Of a stretch of DNA of 64,000 bases, positions 12,601 to 24,545 are shown piece after piece. The position numbers and the translations under genes were made by a program. The number at the start of each line of letters is the position of its first letter. Position 1 is the first letter of the stretch. Below the pieces are notes generated by a model that was not told where the DNA came from, ran no database searches, and was given only the letters and a program-made list of their open reading frames with translations. The stretch lies in NCBI RefSeq assembly GCF_009914755.1, contig NC_060942.1, one strand, 5' to 3'. The stretch is from the human T2T-CHM13v2.0 reference genome, Homo sapiens.

Positions 12601-14973
12601 CAGGCATCCTTCGGTGATGCTGTGGGTTTAGTTTCAGAACACTATCATAAACCAAGTCACACTAATTTTGTTGGTTTCCAAGTGCCTGTAAAAATCATGT
12701 TACATAATACTGTCATCTAGTACATTTGCAGTAGTATTACATCCTTAAACATTAACATACCTTAATTTAAAAATATTTTATTGCTAAAACTTGCTACCAA
12801 TCCTCTGAGCCTTCAGTGAGTCGTCATCTTCTTCCTGTTGAAGGGTCTTGCCTCGATGTTGATGCTGAAGGATCAGGGTGGTGGTTGCTGAAGTTTGGCG
12901 TGGCTGTGGCAATTCCTTAAGTAAGACAATGAAGTTTGCCACATCAATTTCTTTCACGGAGATTTCTCTGTAGCATGAGATGCTGTTTGTTAGCATTTTA
13001 CCCACAGTAGAACTTCTTTCAAAATTGGAGTTAATGCTCTCAAACTCTGCCACTGCTCTATCCACTAAATTTATGGAATATTATAAAGCCTTTGTTGTCA
13101 TTTCAATGATGTTTATAGCATCTTCAACAGGAGGGGACTTCATCTCCAGAAACTACTTTCTTTGCTCATCCGTAAGAAGCAGCTCCTCATCTGTAAATCT
13201 TCTCATGAGATGGTAGCGAATCAGTCCCATCTTCGGGCTCCACTTCTAACTCCAGATCTCTTGCTATTTCCACCACATCTGCAGTTACTTCCTCCACTGA
13301 AGTCTTGAGACCCTCAACATCATCCATGAAGGCTGGAATCAGCTTCTTCCAAACTCCTGTTAATGTTGATATTTTGACCTCCTCCCATGAATCAGGAATG
13401 TCCTTAATGTTATCTAGAATAATGAATACTTTCTGGAAGGTTTTCAATGTAATTTTCCCAGATCCATCAGAGAAATCACTATATATGGCAGCTATAGCCC
13501 TTGCAAAATATATTTATTGAATAATAACATACAAAGGTCAAAATTACTTTTTGTTCTCTAGGCTGCAGAAAGGATGTTGTGTCAGCAGGCATGAAAACAG
13601 CATTCATCTCTTCATGTATCTCCGTCACAGCTCTCGGGTGACCAGGTGCATTGTCCATGAGCAGGAATAGATTGAAAGGAAACTTTTTTTCTGAGCAGAA
13701 GGTCTCAACAGTGGGCTTAAAATCTTCAGTAAACCATGCTATAAACATATGTGCTGTCATATGGACTTCGTTGTTCTACTTACAGAGCACAGGCAGAGTA
13801 GATTTAGCATCATTCCTAAGAGCCCTAGGAGTTTTGAAATGATAAATGAGCATTGATTTCAATTGAAAGTCATCAGCTGCATTAGCCTCTAATAAGAGTC
13901 AGCCTGTCCTTTGACTCTTTGAAGCCAGACATTGACTTCTCCTTTCTAGCTGTGAAAGCCCTAGATAGGATCTTCTTCAAATAGAAGGGTCTTTTTTATT
14001 TCTCCATTGAAAGTATTTTGTTTAGCATAGCCACCTTCATCAATGATCTTAGCTAGATCTCCTGGAGAACTTGCTGCAACTTCTCCATCAGCACCTGCTG
14101 CTTCACCTTGTGCTTTTGTGGTGTGGAGATGGCTTCTTTCCTTCAACCTGATGAACCAGCCTCTGCTAGCTTCAAGCTTTTCTTCTGCAGCTTCCTCATC
14201 TCTCAGCTTTCATGGAATGGAAGAACACGAGGACCTTGCTTGGGAAAGGCTTTGCATTAAGGGAATGTTGTGGTTGGTTTGATACTCCATCTAGATCACT
14301 CAGATCTTCTCCATATCAGCAATAAGGATGCTTCATTTTTCTATTATTTGTGTGTTCACTGGAGGAGTACTTATGATTTTTTTCCCCAAGAACTTTTCCT
14401 TTGTATTCATAGCTTGGCTAACTGATGCAAAAGGCCTCACTTTTAGCCTGTCTTGGTGTTCAACATGCCTCCTTCCTCAAGCTTATTCATCTCTAGCTTT
14501 TGTTTTAAAGTTAGAGACTCATCCCTTCACTTGAACACTAGTTGTTATTGTAGGGTTATTAATTGGCCTACTTTTAATAATGTTGTGTCTTAGGAAATAA
14601 GGAGGACTGAGGAGAGGGAGGGAGATGGGGAGTGTCCAGTGGGTGGAGCAGTCAGAACATACAAAAGATTTATGGATTAAGTTTTCCATCTTATACGAGC
14701 ATGCTTTGTGGTGCCCCCAAATAATTGCAATAGTAACATCAAAGATCACCAATCGCAGATCACCATAACATATGTACCACGAATGAATGCATTTGAAATA
14801 TGTGGAGAATTACTGAAATGTGACACAGACACATGAAGTGAACAGGTGCCATTGGAAAAATGGCACCAGGAGACTTACTTGATGCAAAGTTGCCACAAAC
14901 TTTCAATAAAAAAAAAAAAAAAAACTCAGTATCTGTGAAGTGCAGAAAAGCACAACAAAACGAGATACACCTG
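12601..14973 (-). mobile_element. Full-length Tigger1 DNA transposon with a decayed pogo-like transposase
   Basis: Ends CAGGCATCCTTCGG and CGAGATACACCTG; TA at 12599-12600 and 14974-14975; minus-strand ORF pieces give DDE motifs LLMDNAPGHP, FMPADTTSFLQP and WKKLIPAF. Confidence 0.95.
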
Positions 14974-14994
14974 TAGGATCTTCGCAAATGTGAT

Positions 14995-15330
14995 TGATAC
15001 AGTCTAGCTCTGTGTCCCCACCCAAATCTCATCTCGAATTGTAACCTAGTTGTGACTGGGGAAGAGACCTCCTGGGGGGTGATGGGATCATGGGTGAGTG
15101 AGTTCTCATGAGACCTGATGGTTTTATAGGGGGCTTTTTCCCCTTTGCTCTGCTATTTCTCTCCTGTTGCTTTGTGAAGAAGGACATATTTGCTTTCCCT
15201 TCTGCCATAATTGTAAGTTCCCTGAGGCCTCCCCAGCCTTGCAGAACTGTGAGTCTACTGAACTTCTTTTCTTTATAAATGACCCACCCTCAGGAAATTC
15301 TTTACAATAGTGTGAAAATGGACTAATACA
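14995..15330 (+). mobile_element. THE1C/D-like MaLR solo LTR
   Basis: TGATACAGTCTAGCTCTGTGTCCCCACCCAAATCTCATCTCGAATTGTAA...GGACTAATACA; 5-bp TSD GTGAT/GCGAT. Confidence 0.9.
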
Positions 15331-15868
15331 GCGATCCAGTTTAGATGAGGGTCCACCGGACCTGTGTCCTTATAAGAAAAATGAGAGGGATTTTGGGGCA
15401 GGGAGACATGGAGGAGGCACGAGGGGGAGGCCACATGAGACAGAGGCAAAAATGGTGTGTGATGTGTGTACAAGCCAAGAAATGTGGAGATTTGCCATCA
15501 ACTACTCCTAGGAAAGGATCTTCCCCGTCAGCCTTTGGAGAGAGCGTGGCACCATCCACACCTTGATTTTGGACTTCTGGCCGCCAGAACTGTGAAAGAA
15601 AAAATTCCATTGTTTTAAGCCACCCGGTTTGTGGTACAGCAGTCCTAGGAAACTGATACAATAGCACACGTATTTTACCTAAAAAGGACCAGGGCTATTA
15701 TATTTTTCCCAAATCCAGTAATTTGAAAGCTGCCCCATTTTTTTCCGTCAGCATTATCATTGATTGCTGTTTACAGTGATAAGGCATTTAGGGGAAAACA
15801 TCCGTGAGATGCGCTTGTCTAAGGAGACACTAGAATCCCGACTGGAGGTTTTGAGACAGCTCTACTCC

Positions 15869-16000
15869 ATTCATTACTCAGAACAATTTATTGAGTATCT
15901 ACCCTGTGCCAGGCATTATGCTTTTGCTGGGATGAGAGTGGAAAATAGCAAGTGGTCCTTTTCAAGCTTGTACAGACGCAAGCAAGTAAAAAGTTAAATA
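15869..16000 (-). mobile_element. L2 3' fragment
   Basis: ATTCATTACTCAGAACAATTTATTGAGTATCTACCCTGTGCCAGGCATT. Confidence 0.7.
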
Positions 16001-17093
16001 TAACATGATGCCCGCCTGATGGGCACATGACACCTGCGTAGAGCCCAGCAAGATCTTCTGGAGGGAGCAGGGGCTGCTCTGAACTCTGGAGAATAGGATA
16101 CGCCAGAGCTTGCCAAGAGAGGTCTCCGTGAACGTGTGCATGCGTGCACACTCAGAAGCATGCGCTCCTGGGGTCAGGGCTGGCTTGGATGTGGGTAGAC
16201 AAGCAGGGGAGCTGCTGGAGGGAAGGGCCCTGAAAGGGCGGAGGATGGAGGGCGGCACCTGCAACTTCAGTTGAGCCTGGCTGGAAGGCCCAGGGTGCTG
16301 AGACCCCCCTGAAAAAGTCCATGTGCAGATCTGAGGGCTGTGGGTGTGGGGCTAGGCTTGGAAAGGGAGCCATGGGAGGCTTATAAACAGGGTGCGGACG
16401 TGACCCATGAATTCTCAGCAAGCCCCGCTGATTTCAAGTGGGGAACAGACGGCAGTGGGAGCGCAGACGGAGGAGAGCCAGCTTGGTGGGCCGGAGTCTG
16501 GTCTCGGCACAGGACCGGGCAAGTGGGTGAAGGGCTTTTATGAATCAACCTGGCCCTGGTGCCCAGATGTTTGGTTTGATGCCAGTGTGGATGTCGGGGA
16601 AGGTATTCTTTAGATGAGGTCTAAATTCACATCAGTGCATTTCGAATGAGGCAGATTTCCCTCCGCGATGTGGACAAAGCTGAGGTTTCCAAAGAAGGGA
16701 TTCGGCCTCCAGATGTCCTTCTTACCCCAGCCAGCACCGAGCCTGCCCTGTGTCCAGTACCCGGTCTCCCCTGCCCACTTGGGTCTTGCCAGCTTCTGCT
16801 CTTTTGGGTGTCTCTGCAGGGGGCCCCGTGGAACTCGTGCCTTCCCAGCCCCAGTCCCTGGACCCGTCCTCCTCCCTCCTTCATCCACTCTAGACCGCCT
16901 CACCCTCCAGCAGCACTGAGCTGTCCCAGAGCTCCATCCCGGGGGCTCCGGCCTTCCTTCTCTGAGGGGTCCAACACAGGCGGCCTTTCCCGTGTCAGGC
17001 GGCAGTAGCAGCAATGGCCATCCACCCTCGCCATGGGAAATGGAAGCACCAACAGGTGCCCGTGTGGTACAGAGAGGATGTATCTCCATGTAC

Positions 17094-17570
17094 GTCACAC
17101 CCACACTCACATACACTCATACTCACCCTGACTCACATACACCACTCACACACACACATGCTCTCACACACACTCTCTCACACACACTCACGCTCACCCA
17201 CATACACCACTGACATACACACTCTCTCAGATACACACACTCATGCTCACTCACACACACACACACTGTCCCACACACTCATACACATGCACACTCACAC
17301 ACAATACACACACAGGCACTCACAATCCACACACAGGCAGACACATACACACATGCAAACATCCACACTCACACACACACTCTCCCACATACACTCACAC
17401 TCCACAGTCACACACGCTCACACACACTCTCACACTCATGTTCACTCACACACATACTCTCACACATACATTCCCACACTCACACAATCTCACATACACA
17501 TACACATACACTCACACTCAGACTCCCAGACACACTCACACACTCTCACACACACATACACTCACACACA
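17094..17570. repeat. Degenerate (CA)n/(CACT)n microsatellite, about 480 bp
   Basis: Continuous CACA/CACT/CATA tract. Confidence 0.95.
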
Positions 17571-18000
17571 GAGCCCTCTGTTCCAGCGTGCAGCAGCAGG
17601 CTGTCCCCCTGCGACGTCGCGTTTGATTTTCCTGGTGGAGCAGACCCTCCTGAAGATGTTTCTACTCTGCGGCAGTGAGGTGCACGGTACACAGGACAGC
17701 TGCTGCCAGCATGAGGGCCAGCAGGGAGCAGGGGCAGGCCACCAGGACCCTTCCTTATCCCCAGGTGGAAGTCAGCGCAGACTGAGGCAGCTCCATCCTG
17801 GATGCTCGCCCCCATGTGCACCTCTGATTAACTCCAGTTCTGGGAAGGCCTCCAAGGTTTCTACTTTACTGCTCATCAGAAATTCTGCCCTTGGACAAAT
17901 CCTTCTGAAGCAGGCGTGCCCTTTGTGCCCTGGGTCTCGGGGGTGTCAGCAGAAGGATCCACTATCTTGAGGCTGCCTGAGACATGCCTTCTGCTCGTTA

Positions 18001-18091
18001 GCCCCACCAAATATTTCTGAGAAACTGGATTTGTCAGCCTCTTTGCTGGCCCCACCAAATGTTTCTGAGGAACTGGATTTGTCAGCCTCTT
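18001..18091. repeat. Tandem duplication, 48-bp unit
   Basis: GCCCCACCAAATRTTTCTGAGRAACTGGATTTGTCAGCCTCTT at 18001 and 18049. Confidence 0.9.
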
Positions 18092-18478
18092 CACAGGCCT
18101 CTCAGCTTTCTGGAACTTTGTGGGTAGGTTTGCATAGACCTGCTCACTGTGGGACAAATGTTTTCCCTTCCCAACAGGACGTGGCATCCCGCAGAACTAA
18201 GGTTGCAATGCCCCCACTGGGGGAGACGGGGTCCACACCAAGTCCTCTCCGACACCCGCCCCTCAGGCCTGTGGACCGTCACCGGGGGAGATGGGGGCCA
18301 CCCCAAGATTCCAGACGTGGAAATGCTTAAAGTGAGTGGGAGAGCAGAAGCCCCCAAGCAGCACAGAGACTCGGCGTGAGGAACAGCGCGTGCGTGCGCG
18401 CAGTTGCTTCTTTTTCTGTCTCATAGTCAGGCTTGTGCCCCCGTCCTCCCAGCTGCTTTTCCCCTTGAATTTGGCCAT

Positions 18479-18821
18479 TGTCTTAGTTTGTTTATAACTC
18501 TATAATGTAAAACCTTAGACTGGGTAATTTAGAAATAATAGAAATTTATTTCCCACAGTTCTGAGGGTTGGAAAGTCCAAGACTGAGGGTCCAGCAGATG
18601 CTGCTTGCTGCTTCCTAGATAGCATCTCTGCTGTGTTCTCACATGGCAGGAGGGGCCCGGGCCCACCACGGTACTCTCTTTGAGCTGCAAATGGTCACTA
18701 ATCTTATTCCTGGGCTTTGCCCTCATGACTCACTTCCTAAAGGCCCCACCTGTTAGGGCTATCACACTGTAGATTCCATTTCAATACATGAATTTCAGGG
18801 GGATGCACGCCAATCATAGCA
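18479..18821 (-). mobile_element. MaLR solo LTR, MSTD/MLT1A-like
   Basis: TGTCTTAGTTTG...AGACTGGGTAATTTAG...CACAGTTCTGAGGGTTGGAAAGTCCAAGA...TCATAGCA. Confidence 0.85.
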
Positions 18822-20359
18822 GTCACCAAGTCATTTCTTTAAGCTAAATAACACCAACAATGCAGGTGACTAGAGAGAGAACAGCAGAAGTGCTGTCGTG
18901 AAATAGACTAAGCATAAAAGTCCAGATTCCCTCTCTCTGATCACCCTCAGCCCCCTACCCTGACTCCAGCAGCCCCCGAGTGAAGGAGAAATCCTAATAC
19001 CACAGGGGAGACAGCAGTCCAGCTGTATTAAGGCCCTTTCATTCCCAAGGAATGATCCCATGACTCTTTGGGGTTAACTGTTGTGTCATCATTCACAATA
19101 TTAGAATGGATATTGGTACAGTCACACAGTGCGAACCACAGTAGAAGTTTCCAGCTCCAACAACATTTCCTGTGGACTGAACAGCACGGTGGAATTGCTT
19201 CTGGCAGGTTCTGATCCTGGGAAAGAAGGCCCTGAGGCGCTCAGCACTGACACTGATGTACCTGAGTGCCTGCGGTTCCTGGAACAACCTCGCACAGCAT
19301 GACACAAGAGGGAAAAGCCTAGAGCAGGGTGTGGAACACAGGGCTGGGGGTGGCGAGGGCACTGCTGCACCTGAGTGCCTGCCAGGCCCCTGCTCTCTCT
19401 CACCTCTGGGTGACATAGCCCCGTGACTACTATGGCCAGTCCAGTGCCGCTGGCAGCAAGCTTGCATGTTTTGGGCATCTCAGCTGCCCTGACTCCGGCT
19501 GTGCCCCGCCATGAGGTGCGAAGAGCTCCCAGGCTCTCATATCCCTGTGTGATCAGCCTCAGAAGAACCTTGGAAGCACAGACATAGGGATGAATCAGGT
19601 TACCATGAATTACTAACTACACAATCTTGGCTCAATTTCTTTACCATAGTCAAGCTTTGTTTCATTTGCAAAACAGAGAAGTCACAAGTGCAATTTGAAA
19701 GGGCGGCAGGTGCAGTGTGTGGCTGGTGGCAGAGTCTTCATGAATGTGAGTCTCCTCCCTTCCTTACAGAAGTTCAGTGTTTCTTCTTCTTTTGTTCCGG
19801 TCAGAAGACAGGTCTGGTCTGGCTGTTGCTAAGCTCATGAAATAATCCCGAGAACTCTGGTGAGGGCACAGCCTCTCTCCAGGCACCCATGAGCCTGTGA
19901 TGGGGCTTGCATTTTGCATCGCTTTTCCCAGCCTCTTGGGGATATGTGGAATAATCTTGCCACAGCCTGGAGTAGCTATGTCAATAACAGCAACATACAG
20001 ACACAGCCCTGTGCAATTTACCAGCCGTGGATGGAGGACATGGGCCCCGTTCATTGTATTCACTTCGTACTTTATCCCCGTTGATCTACCCATGGGCTGT
20101 CCACCCACACATTCATATCAGCCAGCTTCCTTTGTGACGAGAGAGGACAAGTAATCACCCTTTTCCTGGACTCCTCAGACCCTTGCAGGTAGGGGCATTG
20201 CACACACCTCATGGGATTCAGCTCTTCCCTCTCTCTCCCCAGCACACTCTCTTCTGCACTATGGAGATCCCCTTTCATTAACACTCTTTACTGTTTGTTT
20301 GTTTTTAATCAATCATCCAGCTTCTAGAGACTTCCATGGTGACTTTGTACATTGATAAC

Positions 20360-20722
20360 TGTATTAGTCCATGTTCACGCTGCTGATAAAGACATACCAG
20401 AGACAGGGTAATTTATAAGGAAAAAGAGATTTAATGGACTCATAGTTCCACGTGACTGGGGAGGCCTCACAATCATGGCAGAAGACGAAAGGTGTGTCTT
20501 ACATGGCAGCAGGCAGGACAGAAAATGAGAGCCAAGCAAAAGGGGAAACCCCTCGTAAAACTATCAGATCTAGTGAGACTCAATCACTGCCATGAGAACA
20601 GTATGGGTGAAACTGCTCCCATGATTCAGTTATCTCCCACTGGGTCCCTCCCAACACCATGGGAATTATGGGAGCTACAATTCAAGATGAAATTTGGGTG
20701 GGGACACAGCCAAACCATATCA
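20360..20722 (-). mobile_element. THE1B solo LTR
   Basis: TGTATTAGTCCATGTTCACGCTGCTGATAAAGACATACC...GGGACACAGCCAAACCATATCA; perfect TSD ATAAC at 20355-20359 and 20723-20727. Confidence 0.95.
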
Positions 20723-20853
20723 ATAACCTCCAGGTTATTGATAGCAAACGCAGGTAATCTTTGAGCTGGGCTAAGAAATGAAGGTTATCAATAACCACCA
20801 GGTTCTTGATAGCAAATGCAGGTAATCTTTGAGCTGGGCTAAGAAATGAAGGT
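20718..20853. repeat. Tandem duplication, 68-bp unit, 2 copies
   Basis: TATCAATAACC...GCAGGTAATCTTTGAGCTGGGCTAAGAAATGAAGGT at 20718 and 20786. Confidence 0.9.
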
Positions 20854-22249
20854 CGCTATCGATTTTTATCCTCAAAGGATCACTTTGGTAAATTTGGCAC
20901 ATACAAAAAAAAAATCACAAGTAAAAGAGCAGGTTGCTTTTCTGGTTAGTGTGTTTTGTTATTTTCCAATCCATTGTCAGTCCTTTCCTTGTGGATTTGT
21001 TAGCAGTGTGAAGAGGGCAGTGATCTGGGACTTGGGTTTATTGCTCTTCCCAAATCAATCTCGTTCTCCTCTGTAGTCAGCAGGTTAGTGATTTACTGGT
21101 ATTTTTCTCTCCCACTCCATGGTTAGCTTGAAGTCCTCATATCAGAGCACCTGGTTTCTGGAAAGCTTGGTTCCTGTCCTCCGAGTGAATTCCATCTCTG
21201 CCCGTGTGTCCAACACTCTAGTAAAGTTAACCTGGAAGACACTCTGCAAGGCTGCCACTTCTGTCCTCAGATCCTGGTCTTATAAAGAGATTCTGACACA
21301 TTTTACAGTGGAAAATATATTTATTCTAAAACTTCTGGTGTGTGTCTGGGGTATCAAAACTCTATTTTTGTTTGTTTTTTTCCAAACACCTTCAAAATTG
21401 AAGCAGACAAGTTGAGGGACTTAACAAATGTACCGTTTGATGTCTGTGGACAGAAAGTACAAAATGAATGCACTTTACAGTTGTGGTTATACAAGACATC
21501 TGAAATTTCTTACTATTCAACTTGACTTGGTGTGTTATACACAAATTAGAAACAAAACAGGCAATTTTCCAAGTGAAAATTCTGTTTAGCTAGTTTATAG
21601 CACATACTTTTTTTTGATTTTTGATTTTTAATACACATTTGCATACAAAGTATTTTCAAAATTGTATGGTTTCACTCTTCCAGAGTGTAATATTACAAAA
21701 ACCAATCAGCTGCCAACAATTTGATACTGAAAATAAAACATTTGTGAAAAAAATGCATTCTTTAAATTGAATCAATTTACTTTTACAAAAATAGGAGTAG
21801 AGTTGTATCAAGAATACTTCATAATTTTTTTTTCATGTTCTGGCTCATTATTTAGTTCCATGGTTTATACTTAAACACTAAAATATATGTAGTTGAGTAA
21901 CTTAAAAGGCACTTTAATTATACACTAACATACGAACAGGCACACTGATTATGTAGAAACCAGCTTATACATATGCAAATGAAAGGCTGGACCTTGCCCA
22001 GTTTGGAAAGATCATTTAGGAACACTCAGGACTTCCCTGGAAGGGAGATATCAGTGATTCAGGTATTGCTATTTCTGACTTAAGAGATAAAATGATAGTA
22101 ACACATTGAACGATCGCTAGATACGAAATGACCCCTCCCAATCCATAAACTTTAAAAGATGTTATTTCTCCTTAAGTACAATGTTTTTTCTCCTTATATG
22201 ATTTAATTGTTATGCATTTTGTGTGTTTAATCTTTAATTGATATAATTT

Positions 22250-22445
22250 AATTTTTATAAGTAGATTTATTTATCTTAGAAATATAAATTTGTATAAGTA
22301 CATTTATCTTATAAATATATCTTTGTTATAAATACAAATTTTTATAAGTACATTTATTTATCTTATAAATAAATGTACTCTATTGATATCCCAGACACAC
22401 ACCAAAAGTTTATCTTATAAATAAATTGTACTTATAAAAATTAAA
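22250..22445. repeat. AT-rich patchwork of direct and inverted repeats
   Basis: Repeated TATAAGTACATTTAT(TTAT)CTTATAAAT units in both orientations; perfect 15-bp stem at 22347-22379. Confidence 0.85.
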
Positions 22446-23104
22446 TGATACAAATTATTTGAAGATTAAATATTATAAAATAGTAAAAGACATAAAAATA
22501 TCATATTACATAATTCACTTGCCAAATATAACCATGAGTTTTGTTTTGGTGTGATCATATTTAATTTATCTTTATCATATGCCACATGGCGTGTGGTTCT
22601 TTTAATTTTTAAACACAACTTCGTATTTATTAACACGCAGATAATTGTAAACTACTTGGGCAGGGATTGTCATGAAACAGCAGGGCCGGCCCCATTCTGC
22701 TGCCATTTTCCACTGCCTAGGGTGGGACTTTCTGCCCCTTCGCCTGATCATCTCGTTCCCCTCTGGTCTCCACCTGACCTTGCTGTAGGGCTCCATCCTG
22801 ACCCTCATGTTTGGGCGTTGCTATTCCTTCCCCTTCTGGGGTACAAGGTTTTGTTTTCATTCAGAATTCTCCGTCCATAAAGTTTCCCACCACCTCTGCC
22901 TCTAATTAGACTTACAATCTAATTTTAGATGGATACATTTTCAGTGCTTGTATCATTACGATAAATTATTACAAGTAAATGTTATTCACAATTGAGTCAC
23001 ATGATATGAAGTTAAATCATATAATATTCTATCTCCTTTTTCCCAAGCCTTTTTCTGTCCAGAGTCACCCAGTGAATGGAACAGAGTAGAAATAAATTTC
23101 AACT

Positions 23105-23376
23105 CTTTTTTAAATTAACAGTTCATGATATTAACATTTTGGAGTATTATTCTGTGAGTTTTAACACATGTATAGATGGGCATAACTACCAGCAAAACCA
23201 GGATGCAGAACAGCGCCACCACCCAAACAATTCCCCTTTGCTGTCCAATCTCCAGCCCAGTCCTGGTACCACTGACCCGTGCTCAGGTCCCACAGTTTTA
23301 ACCTTCCCAGAATGTCGTAAAAACAGAACCATGCAGTACGTCACCCCTGGCTTCTCTCTTTCAGCAGAATGCTTTT
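23105..23376 (-). mobile_element. Ancient L1 (L1M/ME-type) 3' UTR
   Basis: TTCTGTGAGTTTTAACACATGTATAG...CCTTCCCAGAATGTCGTAAAAACAGAACCATGCAGTA. Confidence 0.7.
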
Positions 23377-23617
23377 AATTCTTTATATAAAAAATTTTAA
23401 GTTAACAAATAAAAATAGTACATATGGAGTAAAAATGATTATTTAAAATATGTATACGCCATGGAATAGCTAAATTGAGCTCATTAACATTTGCCTCAAC
23501 CCACATAGTTGATTTTTTGTGGTGAGAAATTTCAAATGTACTCTTAGTGATTTTCAGGAACATAGTGCACTGTTATTAGCTGTAGTCACCATGTTATACA
23601 ATAGGCCTCTTGAACTT

Positions 23618-24154
23618 TTGGGTTTGATCAGCTCCCAACTTTTGTCCTTTGCTTTCAAAGGCATGAAATTACTCCAAGAGATCCTTTGATGTGACATGTT
23701 TGCCTGCGCCACTTCCTTGGAGACATTTTCATCATTTTTGTCCCCGTGAGTGGCTTTGCTGTCCTGGAAATCCTCTGGCTGCAGGTCTATGACCCACCCC
23801 CTCCACAATGACTGCAGTCCGCCCCACTACCACCAACGACTGCAGTCCGCCCCACCGCCACCAACGACTGCAGTCCGCCCCACCACCAACGACTGCAGTC
23901 CGCCCCACCACCACCAACGACTGCAGTCCGCCCCACCGCCACCAACGACTGCAGTCCGTCCCACCACCACCAATGACTGCAGTGTTCACACCTCCAGGGT
24001 CTGTCTTTCTATTTTCTATAATTCCACTTACCTTGTTCAAATTGCACTTTCAATACGATCTTTTCATTTCACAAGCTATGTTTCTATCGTTTTAGGCCAA
24101 TTTTCTCTTTCACTTATCTATTTTTGCAAAGCTTCACATACCTGTCCCTGGGAG
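23618..24154 (-). mobile_element. Inverted internal copy of the Tigger-like element segment at 25505-25866
   Basis: The reverse complement aligns collinearly with 25505-25866, e.g. TGAAGCTTTGCAAAAA, AAAGTGCAATTT and GCTGATCAAACC. Confidence 0.85.
23807..23983. repeat. Minisatellite, 25-28-bp unit, about 6.4 copies
   Basis: AAYGACTGCAGTCCGCCCCACCRCCACC. Confidence 0.95.
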
Positions 24155-24212
24155 TACCCTCCTATCTAACTAGAGTTGGTATCCTCTGACCTACACCTCC
24201 CCAAACTCCTGT

Positions 24213-24545
24213 CCCCAACCCTGGTAAACACCTTTGTCCCCAGCCCTGGTAATCACCACTGCCCCCCCAGCCCTGGTAACCGCCACCATCCCCATCCGTG
24301 GTAACCACCACCGGCCCCCCGCCCTGGTAACCACAACGGCCCCCAGACCCGATAACCACCACTGCCCCCAGCCCTGGTGATCACCACTGTCCCCAGACCT
24401 ATTAACCACCACTGTACCCAGCCCTGGTAAACACCACTTTCCCCCAGCCCTAATAACCACCACCGTCGCCCAGCCCTAGAAACCTCCACTGCCCCCAGCC
24501 CTGGTAAACACCACTGTTCCCAGTCCTGGTAACCTCCATTCCATT
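24213..24545. repeat. Minisatellite, about 25-26-bp unit, about 13 copies
   Basis: CCCAGCCCTGGTAACCACCACTGYC. Confidence 0.95.

Larger units (their letters stand above)
12528..15660 (+). mobile_element. MLT1C-like MaLR LTR split into three pieces (12528-12600, 14974-14994, 15331-15660)
   Basis: 5' piece TGTTGTGGGTTTAATTGTGTCCC...TTGGAAATA rejoins GGATCTTCGCAAATGTGAT and then ...CCAGAACTGTGAAAG...GGAAACTGATACA. Confidence 0.85.

Noticed and set aside
12784-14146. Domesticated TIGD1-like transposase gene
   Set aside because: The transposase is split over several frames by stops and frameshifts; it is an ordinary Tigger1 fossil
17014-17970. 318-aa His/Thr-rich ORF, the longest in the window
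   Set aside because: It stays open because the CA-rich microsatellite lacks stop codons; no domain is recognisable
23807-23983. 28-bp direct repeats resembling a CRISPR array
   Set aside because: Head-to-tail units with no unique spacers, no cas genes, and a mammalian context
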